DNA of 63,790 bases, filler included, from Chiloscyllium plagiosum (taxonomy: Eukaryota): NCBI RefSeq assembly GCF_004010195.1. It is 3 parts of one record of this genome, joined end to end, with 100 filler letters (N's around TTAATTAATTAA, not from the genome) between each part and the next. Parts side by side here need not be neighbours in the genome. Positions count along the whole stretch, not along the records: positions 25,842 to 54,927 come from NC_057713.1; 2 more parts are not named here. The stretch is one strand, 5' to 3'. The translations under genes and the position numbers were made by a program. The notes below the pieces were generated by a model, which saw nothing but the letters and a program-made list of their open reading frames with translations, had not been told where the DNA came from and did no database searches. Positions 36,249-47,299 of this stretch are shown here, piece after piece (positions within the stretch are counted from its first letter, which is position 1; the number at the start of each line of letters is the position of its first letter).

Positions 36249-37430
36249 CGGATTTCACCTAGGTTGGAAGGGGACTAATATACTGGCAGGGAGATTTGCT
36301 AGAGCTGCTTGGGAGGATTTAATCAGGGCAGGCAGGGACAAGGTAGGACTAATAAATTAAACTGCATTTATTTCAATGCAAGGGGCCTAACAAGTAAGAC
36401 AGAAGAACTCAAGGCATAGTTAGGAACATGGGACTGGGATATCATAGCAATTACAGAAACATGGCTCAGGGATGGGCAGGACTGGCAGCTTAATGTTCCA
36501 GATACAAAGGGAGGCAAAAGAGGAGGGGGAGTGGCGTTTTTGATAAGGGACAGCATTACAGCTGTACTGAGGATATTCCCAGAAATACATCCAGGGAAGT
36601 TATTTGGGTGGAACTGAGAAATAAGAAAGGGATGATCACCTTATTGGGATTGTATTATAGACCCCCTAATAGTCAGAGGGAAATTGAGAAACGAACATGG
36701 AAGGAGATCTCAGCTATCTATAAAAATAATAGGGTGGTTATGGTAGACATAACATAGACTGGGACTGCCATAGTGTTAAGGGTTTAGATGGAGAGGAATT
36801 TGTTAATTGCGTACAAGACAATTTTCTGATTCAGTATGTGGATGTACCTACGAGAGAAGGTGCAAAACTTGACCTACTCTTGGGAAATAAGGCAGGGCAG
36901 GTGACTGAGGTGTCAGTGGGGGAGCACTTTGGGGCCAATGACCATAATTCTATTGGATTTAAAATAGTGATGGAAAAGGATAGACCAGATCTAAAAGCTG
37001 TAGTTCTAAATTGGAGGAATGTCAATTTTGACGCTATTAGGCAAGAACTTTCAAAAGCTGATTGGAGGCAGATGTTCGCAGGTAAAGGAACGGCTGGAAC
37101 ATGGGAAGCCTTCAGAAATGAGATAATGAGAATCCAGAGAAAGTATATTCTGGTCAGGGTGAAAGGAAAGGCTGGTAGGTATAGGGAATGCTGGATGACT
37201 AAAGAAATTGAGGGGTTGGATAAGAAAAAGAAGGAAACATATGCCAGGTATAGACAGGATCGATCGAGTGAATCCTTAGAAGAGTATAAAGGCAGTAGGA
37301 GTATACTTAAGAGGAAAAACAGGAAGGCAAAAAGGGGACATGGGATAGCTTTGGCAAATAGAGTTTAGGAGAATCCAAAGGGTTTTTACAAAAGGGTAAC
37401 TAGGGAGAGAATAGGGCCTCTCAAAGATCA

Positions 37431-37466
37431 TTCCTGAAGAAGGGCTTATGCCCGAAACGTCGATTC
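37431..37466 (+). ncRNA. Minimal type I hammerhead ribozyme motif (intact core)
   Basis: ttc-CTGAAGA-a-GGGC-ttat-GCCC-GAAA-CG-TC-gat: core CUGANGA/GAAA, 4-bp stem II, palindromic ACGU stem III, GUC cleavage triplet. Confidence 0.75.
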
Positions 37467-37502
37467 TCCTGTTCCCTGCGCTTTTCCAGCAACACATTTT
37501 CA
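37431..37502 (+). mobile_element. 72-bp Penelope-derived micro-insertion
   Basis: 14-bp TSD cctctcaaagatca (37417-37430 and 37503-37516) inside CR1 ORF2. Confidence 0.9.
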
Positions 37503-38253
37503 CCTCTCAAAGATCAGCAAGGCGGCCTTTGTAAGGAGCCACAGAAACTGGGGGAGATACTAAACAAGTATTTTGCATCAGTATTTACTGTGGAAAAGGA
37601 CATGGAAGATATAGAATGTAGGGAAATAGATGGTGACACCTTGAAAAATGTCTATATTATAGAGGAGGAAGTTCTGGATGTCTTGAAATGCATAAAGGTG
37701 GATAAGTCCCAAGGACCTGATCAGGTGTACCCTAGAACTCACTGGGAAGCTAGAGAAGTGATTGCTGGGCCTTTTGCTGAGAAACATGTATCATCAATAG
37801 TCACAGGTGTGGTTCCGGACGTTTGGAGGTTGGCTAACGTGGTGCCACTGTTTAAGAAGGGTGGTAAGGACAAGTCAGGGAACTATAGACCAGTGAGCCT
37901 GACGTCGGTGACGGGCAAGTTGTTGGAGGGATTCCTGAGGGACAGGATGTACATGTATTTGGAAAGGCAAGGACTGATTCGGGATAGTCAACATAGCTTT
38001 GTGAGCATCTTATGGAATACAGGGAGAACTAGCCATTTGGATACAGAACTGGCTCAAAGGTAGAAGACAGGGTGGTGGTGGAGGGTTATTTTTCAGACTG
38101 GAGGCCTGTGACCAGTGGAGTGCCACAAGGATTGATACTGGGTCCTCTACTTTTTGTCATTTACATGAATGATTTGGATGCGAGCTTAAGGCATTTGGTT
38201 GGTAAGTTTGCAGATGACACCAAAATTGGAGGTGTAGTGGACAGTGAAGAAGG

Positions 38254-38459
38254 AGAAAGTGAGGACTGTAGATGCTGGAGATCAGAGCTGAAAATGTGTT
38301 GCCGGAAAAGCGCAGCAGGTCAGGCAGCATCCAAGGAACAGGAGAATCGACCTTTCGGGCATAATTCCTGAAGAAGGGCTTATGCCCGAAATGTCGATTC
38401 TCCTGTTCCTTGGATGCTGCCTGACCTGCTGCGCTTTTCCGGCAACACATTTTCAGCTC
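38254..38459. mobile_element. Fold-back Penelope-like mini-insertion with hammerhead core at 38368-38395
   Basis: About 16-bp TSD tggacagtgaagaagg (38238-38253 and 38460-38475); about 80-bp near-perfect inverted arms. Confidence 0.9.
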
Positions 38460-38811
38460 TGGACAGTGAAGAAGGTGACCTCAGATTACAACAGGATCTG
38501 GACCAAATAGGCCAATGGGCTGAGAAGTGGCAGATGGAGTTTAATTCAGATAACTGCGAGGTGCTGCATTTTGGGAAAGCAAACCTTAGCTGAACGTATA
38601 CACTTAATGGTAAAGTCCTAGGGTGTTTAGCTGAACAAGGACACCTTGGAGTGCAGGTTCATAGCTCCTTGAAAGTGGAGTTGCAGGTAGATAGGATAGT
38701 GAAGAAGGCATTTGATTTGCTTTCCTTTATTGGTCAGAGTATTGAGTACAGGAGTTGGGAGGTCATGTTGCAGCTGTGCAGGTCATTGGTTAGGCCACGT
38801 TTGGAATATTG

Positions 38812-40270
38812 TTCCTTCACTGTCATCCCTGCTAAGGTATTGCACCATTGAACTTTGGCCAGCTCCTCCCTCATTGCTCCATAGTTCCCTTTATTCAACT
38901 GAAATATTGTCACTACCGATTGTACCCTCTCCCTTTCAAATTGCAGATTGAAGCAATTATGGTCACTACCTCCTAATGGCTCCTTCACTTCGAGGCTCCT
39001 GATCAATTCTGGTTCGTTGCACAATACCAGATCCAGAATTTCCTTCTCCCTGATAGGCTCCAGCACCAGCTGTTCTAAGAATCCATCTCGGAGGAACTCC
39101 ACAAAGTCTCTTTCTTGAGGTCCAATACCATCCTGATTCTCCCAGTCTACCTGCATGTTGAAATCCCCCATAACAACTGTAGTAACATCTTTGCCACAGG
39201 CCAATTTCAGCTCCTTATTCAACTTACATCCTACATCCATACTACTTTTTGGGGGCCTGTAGATAACTCCCAAGAGGGTCTTTCTACCCTTAGAATTTCT
39301 CAGCTCTATCCATACTGACTCTACATCCCCTGATTCTAGGTCTCCCCGCGCAAGTGACTGAATATCATCCCTTACCAACAGGGCCACCCCACCCCCTCTG
39401 CCCGTCAGTCTGTCCTTACGATAGCACGTATAGTCTTGAATATTCATTTCTCAGGCCCTGTCCACTTGAAGCCACGTCTCAGTTAGCCCCACAATATTGT
39501 AGCTGCCAATTTCCAAAAGAGGCTCAAGCTCATCCATCTTATTTCTAATGCTTCGTGCATTCATATACAGTATTTTTAATTTGTTACTGCCCTCACCCTT
39601 CCTCTCAACCCCTATTTCACTCAACCTTACGGCATGATCCCTTTTTGAGTTTTCTGCTTCATTGATACCGTTGTCTTTCTTGACTTCCCTTGTTCTAACT
39701 TTCCCTTCAATTTCCTTCTTAAACATCCAGTTTGTCCCCTCCCCCTCGCTATTTAGTAGTGAATCTGCCTGCCAGAATGCTGGTCCCTAACCTATTAAGG
39801 TGCAAACCGTCTCTTTTGTATAATTTATTCTTACCACAAAACATACCCCAGTGATCCAAGAATTTAAATCCTTGCTTCCTGCACCAGTTCCCCAGCCACA
39901 CATTCAAGTCCATTATCTCCCTGATCCTGGCCTCTCCAGCCCGAGGAACTGGAAGCAAACTGGAGATAACCACTCTGGACGTTCTGCTTTTCAGCCTTCT
40001 TCCTAGTTCTCCGAAGTCCCGCTGTAACATGTTCCTCCACTTCTTCCCGACATCATTTGTGCCGACATGTACCACCACCTCTGGCTCTTCACCTTCACCC
40101 TTGAGGATTTCCTGCATTCTGTCTGCGATGTCCTTAATCCTGGCACCAGGAAGGCAACACGCCATCCTTAAATCCCGCCTGTTCCCACAGAAACCCCATT
40201 CAGTTCCTCTCACTATGGAGTCCCCTATCACCACGGCTCTGTGTGATGTCTGACCCCTCGGCTCCACGCC
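38812..40270 (-). mobile_element. CR1 LINE 5' part: ORF1 SGNH esterase plus ORF2 AP endonuclease
   Basis: VVIGDSIVRG..VVVHVGTND..RDGLHLN (SGNH/GDSL blocks); LKILYMNARSIRNK..TETWL; RGGGVAL..YRPP..MGDFN..SDHN. Confidence 0.95.
39749..40260 (-). pseudogene. CR1 ORF1 esterase domain (5'-truncated)
   Basis: ORF track 39749-40333; only the part from about HRAVVIGDS onward is element-derived. Confidence 0.85.
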
Positions 40271-40977
40271 AATTCCTGGCTCCATTTCGTTCTTGGCACT
40301 TTTCAAAATAAATGTTTTCCCTATGATATTCATATTCTCAGCAAGATAACATAGCCTAGATTCTGCAGTTTATCTGTGTTTTTTCACATGAACATGGTCA
40401 CACTAAAAGTTCATGCTTCTTTGATCTCAGCACAAGCATCAAGATGATCCCATTAGCAACTTCAGCACTGACATTGTCTGGGTTCCACAAGAGTGCACCA
40501 AAACCAGATTTTGGCCCTAGTGCCTTTTCCCATGCATTAAAGTAAACCTATAATTGCTTTTGCTGTACTACCATTCTATTCTCTCCTGCCCTCTTCAGTT
40601 AATTACCCTGGTAACTCTATCACTATTCAGTCATTTCCAGATTACTAGTTACTTTGGTTTCACTATTATTTTACACCTTAATTTATGTGTCATAATTTAT
40701 TATTTTACAAATTCTTCTTTGTATTTTTCTATTTCCACACTGGACTTTTGCAGTTTTGTTGTGATTTTTGCTGTGCTGAGTTCCCACTTGACTAGTGCAT
40801 GATTATTCTCTGTAGTCTTTTGTATATCTGAACAACATACTGTCTGGATAGTTCATCTTGCACTGGCATGAATGTGTTGAATTTTTATTCTGTCACTATC
40901 ATTAATAATTTCTACCAAACTGTATTTTGCAGTATCTTCTTCAACTGGTATTTTAGTTTATTGAGTAGTAGTTATAT

Positions 40978-41140
40978 GGGGGTCAGTTAGTTGCGTTGCA
41001 TGGTTTGCAATGCAGAGTAACACTATCAGCGTGGGTTCAATTCCTCTACTGGCTGAGCTCACCATGGAGGTCCTGCCTTGTCAACCTTGTTCCTCACCTG
41101 GGGTGTGCTAGCTCTCTGGTTAAACTCACCTCCAGTCTAA
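40978..41140 (+). mobile_element. tRNA-derived SINE (5' part)
   Basis: gtcagttagtt..tggtttgcaatgcagag..gtgggttcaattcc (B box); minus-strand copies at 33845-33930 and 45010-45225. Confidence 0.55.
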
Positions 41141-41169
41141 AATTGAACACTCAATAATAGTAACATGAA

Positions 41170-42560
41170 TCTATCATCAATTGTTGTCAAGACACACTTG
41201 GTTCACACAAACATCAGGGATGGAAATTTGGTCTACTTGTTCCTACAGACCCACAACAATGTGATTCACTCTTTAACTGTGCTCTGACATGGCCTACCAA
41301 ATGGTGATATCAAATCATTCAGGAACAATTGAAAAGGAATAAATCTGATCAGAATGCCTGTCATCAGCTTAAGCAACATAAACAACAATGGCAAATGTTG
41401 ATCTGGCAAAATCTTTGGTACCAACACCCGGACTTGTGCAATAATTGGGAAAACTGACATATAGATCAGTCAAGCAACAACCTGACAAAGTAATACTCAC
41501 AAAACACACTTCACAACAAATATACCAGATGCCACCCTCACCACTTGGGTGTGGTATGTCCAACTGGTAGGTCAGACCAACCAGGGGTAATGCTACATTG
41601 ATGCTCATGTTGGGAGATAGTTGCCCTTGGGGGTCCTCAACTTTCCCTCCAGACCTGAGAAAGATACCACAACTGAGAAATGAAATCAAAGATCTGCAGT
41701 CCTGTCAAATCCACTTGTGAATGCTGATTGTTATTTAGCAACCAACATCAAATAGAAGCTTCCAAGTACTTCCATCCACAACGATGGGGAAGCCCAGCAA
41801 GAAATGCAAAAGGCAAGGTTGAATGTTTGCAACAATCTTCAGTCAGATTGCCAAATAGATGGCCCAGCTCGGCCGCTTGTTGGAGTCTCCAGCATTACAT
41901 TCACCAGTCTACAGCCCAATGAATGCACTCAGTGTGATACTAAGTAATGGGTGAAGGCACTGGATACTGAAAATATTATGGACCTTGCCAACCTTCCAGC
42001 AATAGTACTGAAGACTTCTGGTCCAGAACTAGCTACATCTGGAGATAGGCTGTTCCAGTACAACTGCAACATAGCTGTCAATCCAACAATATGAAATATT
42101 TCCTGTGTACAAATAGCAGGACAAACATCTCAGCTAATTACCACCCTTTCAGACTACTCTCAATCATCAGCAAAGTGGTGGAAGAGGTTTTCAACAGCAT
42201 TATCAAGCATTTTACACTTTGTTAACCTGCTCACTGAAGCTCAGTTTGGGTTCCTCCAGGGCCCCTGAGCTCCTAATCTCATTACAGCCTTGGTTATCAT
42301 AGAACCGCTAAGTGAGACAAGAGTGACTGCCACAGACATCAAGACTCCATTGGCATCAAGTAACTCTAGCAAAAGTGAAGTCAATGGGAATTGGGGGAAA
42401 ACTCTCTGCTGGTTGGAGTCTTACTTGGTACAAAGGAAGATGGTTGTAATTGTTTGAGGTTAATCACCTCAGTAAAGGGACATCTCCACAGGAATTCCTC
42501 AGGGTAGTGTCCTAGGACCATAAACCTTCATCTGCTTCAATGACTCCATTCCATCATAAG
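41170..42560 (+). mobile_element. Second CR1/L2-group LINE, old ORF2 fragments
   Basis: ctcaatcatcagcaaagtggtggaag (SIISKV), cagtttgggttcc (QFGF), gtgactgccacagacatcaag, ggaattcctcagggtagtgtcctaggacc (GIPQGSVLGP). Confidence 0.75.
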
Positions 42561-42764
42561 TACATTGACTCCTTGTCACCCATGGCTTTGCTACCTGGAG
42601 ATCCATGCACTCGCACGGTCAGTCTCTCATCTGAACTTGATTTTTTTCATTGAGTCGTCCAGTCCTTCTCTGTAGACAGGAAATTTACATTGTAGCATTG
42701 TTTACCTTTTTTGCTATCTGTGGGACATCTGTGCTGCTGTTGTCAGCAGATAACAACAATTTTG

Positions 42765-43100
42765 TGTGTCACTCCAGATACTTGGGCACATAATCCAGGT
42801 AGGTATTGGAGTACAGCACTGAGAGTGTGCTGCATTGTTGAAGGTACTGCTTTTGATATGATGTGCAAAACTAAAGGCCCATCTGCCTCCTCAGATGGTG
42901 GAATAAAACAGTCCCATGGCTTTTTGAAATTAAGTAGAGGAGTTCTTCTGACATCATAGCTAAAATTTATCCCTTAATTCACATTATTAAAGTAGATCAA
43001 CACTGCTAATTGGCGAGATCTTGCTGTTCACATATCGGATGCTGCATTTCTTCTATTGATGTGCTTCAATGTTTATAAGTTGCTTTGAGCTGTCCAGTTG
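42765..43100 (+). mobile_element. Deu-domain SINE (SacSINE1/AmnSINE-like)
   Basis: cactccagatacttgggcacataatccagg..gcactgagagtgtgctgcattgttgaagg..aatttatccctt..gagatcttgctg, followed by an L2-like tail. Confidence 0.65.
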
Positions 43101-43220
43101 TAGTGGTCAAGTCTAAGTGGTTTTTTTTCCTCTGACATTCATTGTGCAAACTGACTCAGCTGACATTTTTATAATTATACTATGGTCAATTGCACTAGTT
43201 TCCTACTGCATTGCAAATAG

Positions 43221-43813
43221 TTGAATCAAGCAAAGAAATATCTGGCAGAGGTAAGTAAAGGTTTTCACTTCTGAGCTTCCAGTCACAAAAAAAAAACCTT
43301 ACTGGGGACATATGATGCAACCTTGTAAGTTATCATTATTCAGCATAGCTTGCTCCATATATAATTACAGTATATTGTAACATTGTGTGACATGGCTCTT
43401 TGTTAACACTGGAAAAATGGTAAAATACTCCAAGGTTATTTTTACTTATGAAATAATTCACAAGATGCTGCAGGCTTTCTGGACAATAAAATGTGTCTAA
43501 AGGCATTCAACCTGAAAATCACAGAGAGGATCAAACTATCAGCACTCATAAGTCTCCCCTCCCAAAACAGCAAAACCCTTCAAAAAATAATATTACTCAG
43601 AACATTTTTAGAAGGTATGAATGTAAGTCTGTTTTCTCATACATTGTGTGACCAACATAGATCTAAAATGTTGGATAGGGTGCTAAGACATGTTTAAAAT
43701 AGAAGCTCGAAGAATCTTCTTTTGAGTGCAAACTAGCTGCAGTTGGTTCTTCTGCGATGACGATGCTTGAAAAGCACCCACTTAATGCCAGGAAAAATCT
43801 GCCACCTGTTTGG
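43221..43813 (+). CDS. Candidate pair of host exons (43221-43250 and 43703-43813), unidentified product
   Basis: Both are AG...GTAAGT-flanked, 30 and 111 nt, phase 0, and join to LNQAKKYLAE|KLEESSFECKLAAVGSSAMTMLEKHPLNARKNLPPVW. No recognised homology. Confidence 0.3.
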
Positions 43814-44335
43814 GTAAGTTTGTTATGCTTTGTGGGAAATGTAAGGGTATTGAACTAATTGAATACCAGTATGAACAAGTTGGGTAGAATGACCTCACCT
43901 ATGCTGAATAATTCTGTAGTCGGCCACACAGATAACCAAGGGTTGCTAGCAGCTGTGAATTATCTACTAGACTCATTTGTTCCCATGGTAGCAAAGCAAT
44001 TCAAAATTTATGGTAAAGTGCAGTTTAGCTTTGGTACCATCATTATGAGTTAGTACAATCATGTTGAAGGGCAATAGCACCTTCAAGAAGGCTGTTTAAA
44101 CTTCAAAGGGAAAATAATCTTATAATCCACAGTTTGCCCCATGCTTTACACAGGAATGGATGAATAGAGTTCTGTTTGTAAAGTCTTGCATATTTACCAT
44201 ATAAAATTTATTTTTTAAGAACTTGTCATGTGAAGTTGGAAGAGCTTTGGAATTATAATTGTATGAAGTCATTGATTACAGTTCAGTTACTGTCCAATAT
44301 GTTATACATATCATTACACTTCTATTTATTGTGTT

Positions 44336-44652
44336 ACATTTTGGTCCAACAAGTCCACATCGATCCTTCAAAGAGTATCAAACCCAGATCCATTCCCCTA
44401 ACTAATGCACCTAACCTACACATCCCTGTACCCTGTGGGCAATTTAGCTTAGCCAATTCACCTAACCTGCCCATCTTTGGACTGTGGGAAGAAACCAGAG
44501 CACCCAAAAGAAACCCATACAGATATGGGGTGAATGTGCAAACTCCACACAGATAGTTGCTCAAGACTGGAATTGAACCCAGATCCCTGGCATTGTGAGG
44601 CAGCAGTGCTAACCACTGAGCCACCGTACTGCCCCACTGAGCCAACCTGCGC
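44336..44652 (-). mobile_element. HE1-type V-SINE with duplicated 5' end
   Basis: Standard HE1 body; ccactgagcca occurs twice, at about 44613 and 44634. Confidence 0.88.
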
Positions 44653-44679
44653 CAGTACAATGATCTAGAGATGCAGTAT

Positions 44680-44983
44680 TAAACTAGAGGGCATAGATTT
44701 AAGGTGAGAGGGAAAAGATTTAAAAAGGATCTGAGAGATAACATTTTCATGCAGAGGGTAGTGTGAGTATGGAATGAACTGCTAGAGAAGGTGGTGGAAA
44801 CAGATACAATTACAACATTTAAAAAGCATCTGGATGGGTATATGAATAGGAAGGGTTTAGAGGCTATGGGCAAAATTCTGGCAAATGGGACTAGGTCAAA
44901 TTAAAATGTCTGGCCACTGCAGAAGAATTAGACCAAAGGGTCTGTTTCAATGCTATATGGCCCTATGACTCTATGACTATGAC
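44680..44983 (+). mobile_element. CR1 3' end with (ctatgact)n-type tail
   Basis: aaactagaggggcatagatttaaggtgagaggg...ctatgactctatgactatga. Confidence 0.9.
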
Positions 44984-45009
44984 GTGATGAGGGAACATGG
45001 TAAGCATCA

Positions 45010-45225
45010 TAAGTAAAGTTGCCACTGTTCTTCCAGACCATGGAGCTGCTCTCTTATTAGAAAGACATGATGCATGGTGGTTTCATCAAATGTTCGCCAT
45101 CCCTTACATGAGGGAAAAGGTTGAGAAAGAGAGTCCATCATAATAACCTCAGACAATGTAAGAATTAAACCCATGCTATTGGCATCACTTTACATTGCAA
45201 ACCAGTCATCCAGCCAACTGACCAA
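45010..45225 (-). mobile_element. tRNA-derived SINE (family of 40978-41140)
   Basis: Reverse complement: gtcagttggctggatgactggtttgcaatg..gcatgggtttaattc. Confidence 0.55.
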
Positions 45226-45379
45226 CCTCTACTTATGTATGTTCCAGTGTAAGAGTTAATCATTAAACCTGGGCTACACAAGCACAAATATGACAGAGGC
45301 TAAAAATGCAGTATTGAAATTCTGATCTCTTTCTAACTGCAAAAGTAATTATCATTTCTAGAGTTTCGAATTAAATTTG

Positions 45380-46256
45380 GATTGTGATTAACGTTACCTG
45401 ATCTTTGTGTGAAGTATGGATTTTAAAATAATGGCATATGATGTTGCTTTCTTTTTAGTAAGGTTTTAAAAGAAGACTAGATCAGGCAGTCCCTCCAGTT
45501 TAGTGACCTAATCCAGTCTATGTCACACAGCAGGAACCCCCGGAGTAGTAATGAAAGTTTGTGTTGACAATAGTGGTCTACAGCAAGTTGAGTGAATGTT
45601 GAAGTCTAACGGGTTGGTTTGGTTCAGGATCATCAAGAGTTGATTTAGCTTAGAAAACCCAGAAATGGTTTTTGAAATGAATCCAGAGGAGGCCTGGCTG
45701 GGGTCAGAAATAAATATAGTTCATCACCTAGAAAAGTGTATAGGACAGTTCAGGGAAAGCACAGTTACCTCAATGTAAAAGTTTAGATTGTGAAACTTCC
45801 AGATCAAGAGTGCTTAGTTAGAAATTGGCTGATTACTGAAAGAATGAAAAAGTTATGAGAGAGTTTAACATTTTTGTGAGCATTCCTATTAGAAGACTTT
45901 GCAGTTCAAGAAAAAGTACTGGGGAGGAATCGATTAAGTCAAACTCAAATATTTGATATTGAAGCAAAATTTTCCTGGAGTTGAGTCTCTGTAAAATGTA
46001 GAAAAAAGCAGGTTGAGAAACTAGGTGAGACAATGTTTTGCCATATATTTTAAAGATCATTAAAACTGTTCTAAATGTTTTTTTTTATGTTTTCATATTT
46101 TATGTAATAAACTTAAGTTCTGTTCTACAGCTTTGTGTATGCTTTGGCTATGTTTCAATGACTGACCATAATGTTATCTAAGAAAAAATATCTACAAATC
46201 CAGATTTCATTCTGCAACCCACATGTCTATCAGAATCATCAGCTGGGATAACAACA
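45380..46256 (+). mobile_element. Putative solo LTR
   Basis: Starts near tgtga, has AATAAA at about 46106, ends ..atcagctgggataacaaca; 3' end resembles 20090-20165. Confidence 0.4.
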
Positions 46257-47299
46257 AGATTACATATGAGGAATATCAGAGTAACACCAGATCTAAAAAA
46301 TTCAACAGATTCTAGTGGAATTAGCTGCTGGCAAATGATATATTTGCTTCTAAAGTGACACATGCAGCCAACTTGATTTCCAACATTTCGAGCATCTACA
46401 GTGAAATTGTGCCTCCCAGATTAAACTAACAGAAAAGAGGTATTAGTTCTTTATGGCTTGACTTAACAGGATTAACACTTTGAATGTCTCTAAACGTTGA
46501 AATATCACCTTCAACTGAAACAATCAGAAAACTTTTCTCAGTTGTGGAGCTCAGAAAGGATTCCATCGGCTGCTGACTGACAGAGAAATCTACAACATGC
46601 CTCTGCCTCTCAAATGTTTTTAGTTAGCATAACAACAGAATAATTCATTAAGAAGGCAGAGAAAGAATTGTTACAACTTTATCTCTGAACCCCTGCCAGT
46701 GCATAAATCCCAGTGTTTGGAAGATTTTATTTATGACTATGTTTTTATAGTGCACATATATATTCACAGTCAGTGCACCTTATTAAAACTGAACATACTT
46801 CTGCTGTCTCCTCTTACACTCATCCTCATGCTGTATTAAGGTACCTCACTGCAGTCTAAGGATGCCAGTAATGTTTGTCTGTGCTGTGGTATTGTGAACC
46901 TATTGCTGAGATGGCCCCTTCACAGAGTCTTTGTATCCTGTGAGTCTTCTTTAGCAACCTGGTCCTGCTGAGTCAAATTTTATTTTTTTCTATGTGAGCA
47001 CAAGTCACGTCTTCATCTCTGCCATGTGACTACTAAGGCAAAACCATTTCCTTACAATCATGTAATGTGTCACTTTCATAGCTTGGCATTATGACATTGA
47101 CATTATTACTCTGAGCGAGATATGATGGGGAGGCGAAAGTCAGCTCAAAGCTCAGGTAGCAGGTTTACCTTCTTCAGAAAGAGTAAATATGGAAGAATGG
47201 CAACTCCATGGGTTAGTTTTTAAAATTAGAATAAACTTGTTGATCATCTCACCAGACCACATGTAGGATAAACAAATGTCTCATGATCTTTTGGATCAG

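Larger units (their letters stand above)
36249..38811 (+). mobile_element. CR1 LINE: ORF1 end plus ORF2 (APE-RT), frameshifted, with two PLE insertions
   Basis: TNILAGRFA; CIYFNARGL..IIAITETWL; PTREGAKLDLLL..DHNSI; DKSQGPD..NYRPVSLTSV; GVPQG..YMND..KFADDTK. Confidence 0.95.

Noticed and set aside
39749..40333. SGNH/GDSL esterase ORF as a host or horizontally acquired enzyme
   Set aside because: It lies directly upstream of a CR1 ORF2 endonuclease, and an esterase is an established CR1 ORF1 domain.
42595..42670. Minus-strand AG/GT-flanked, CpG-containing 75-nt segment
   Set aside because: Stops occur in all three frames and there is no supporting neighbour exon, so a coding call is unsupported.
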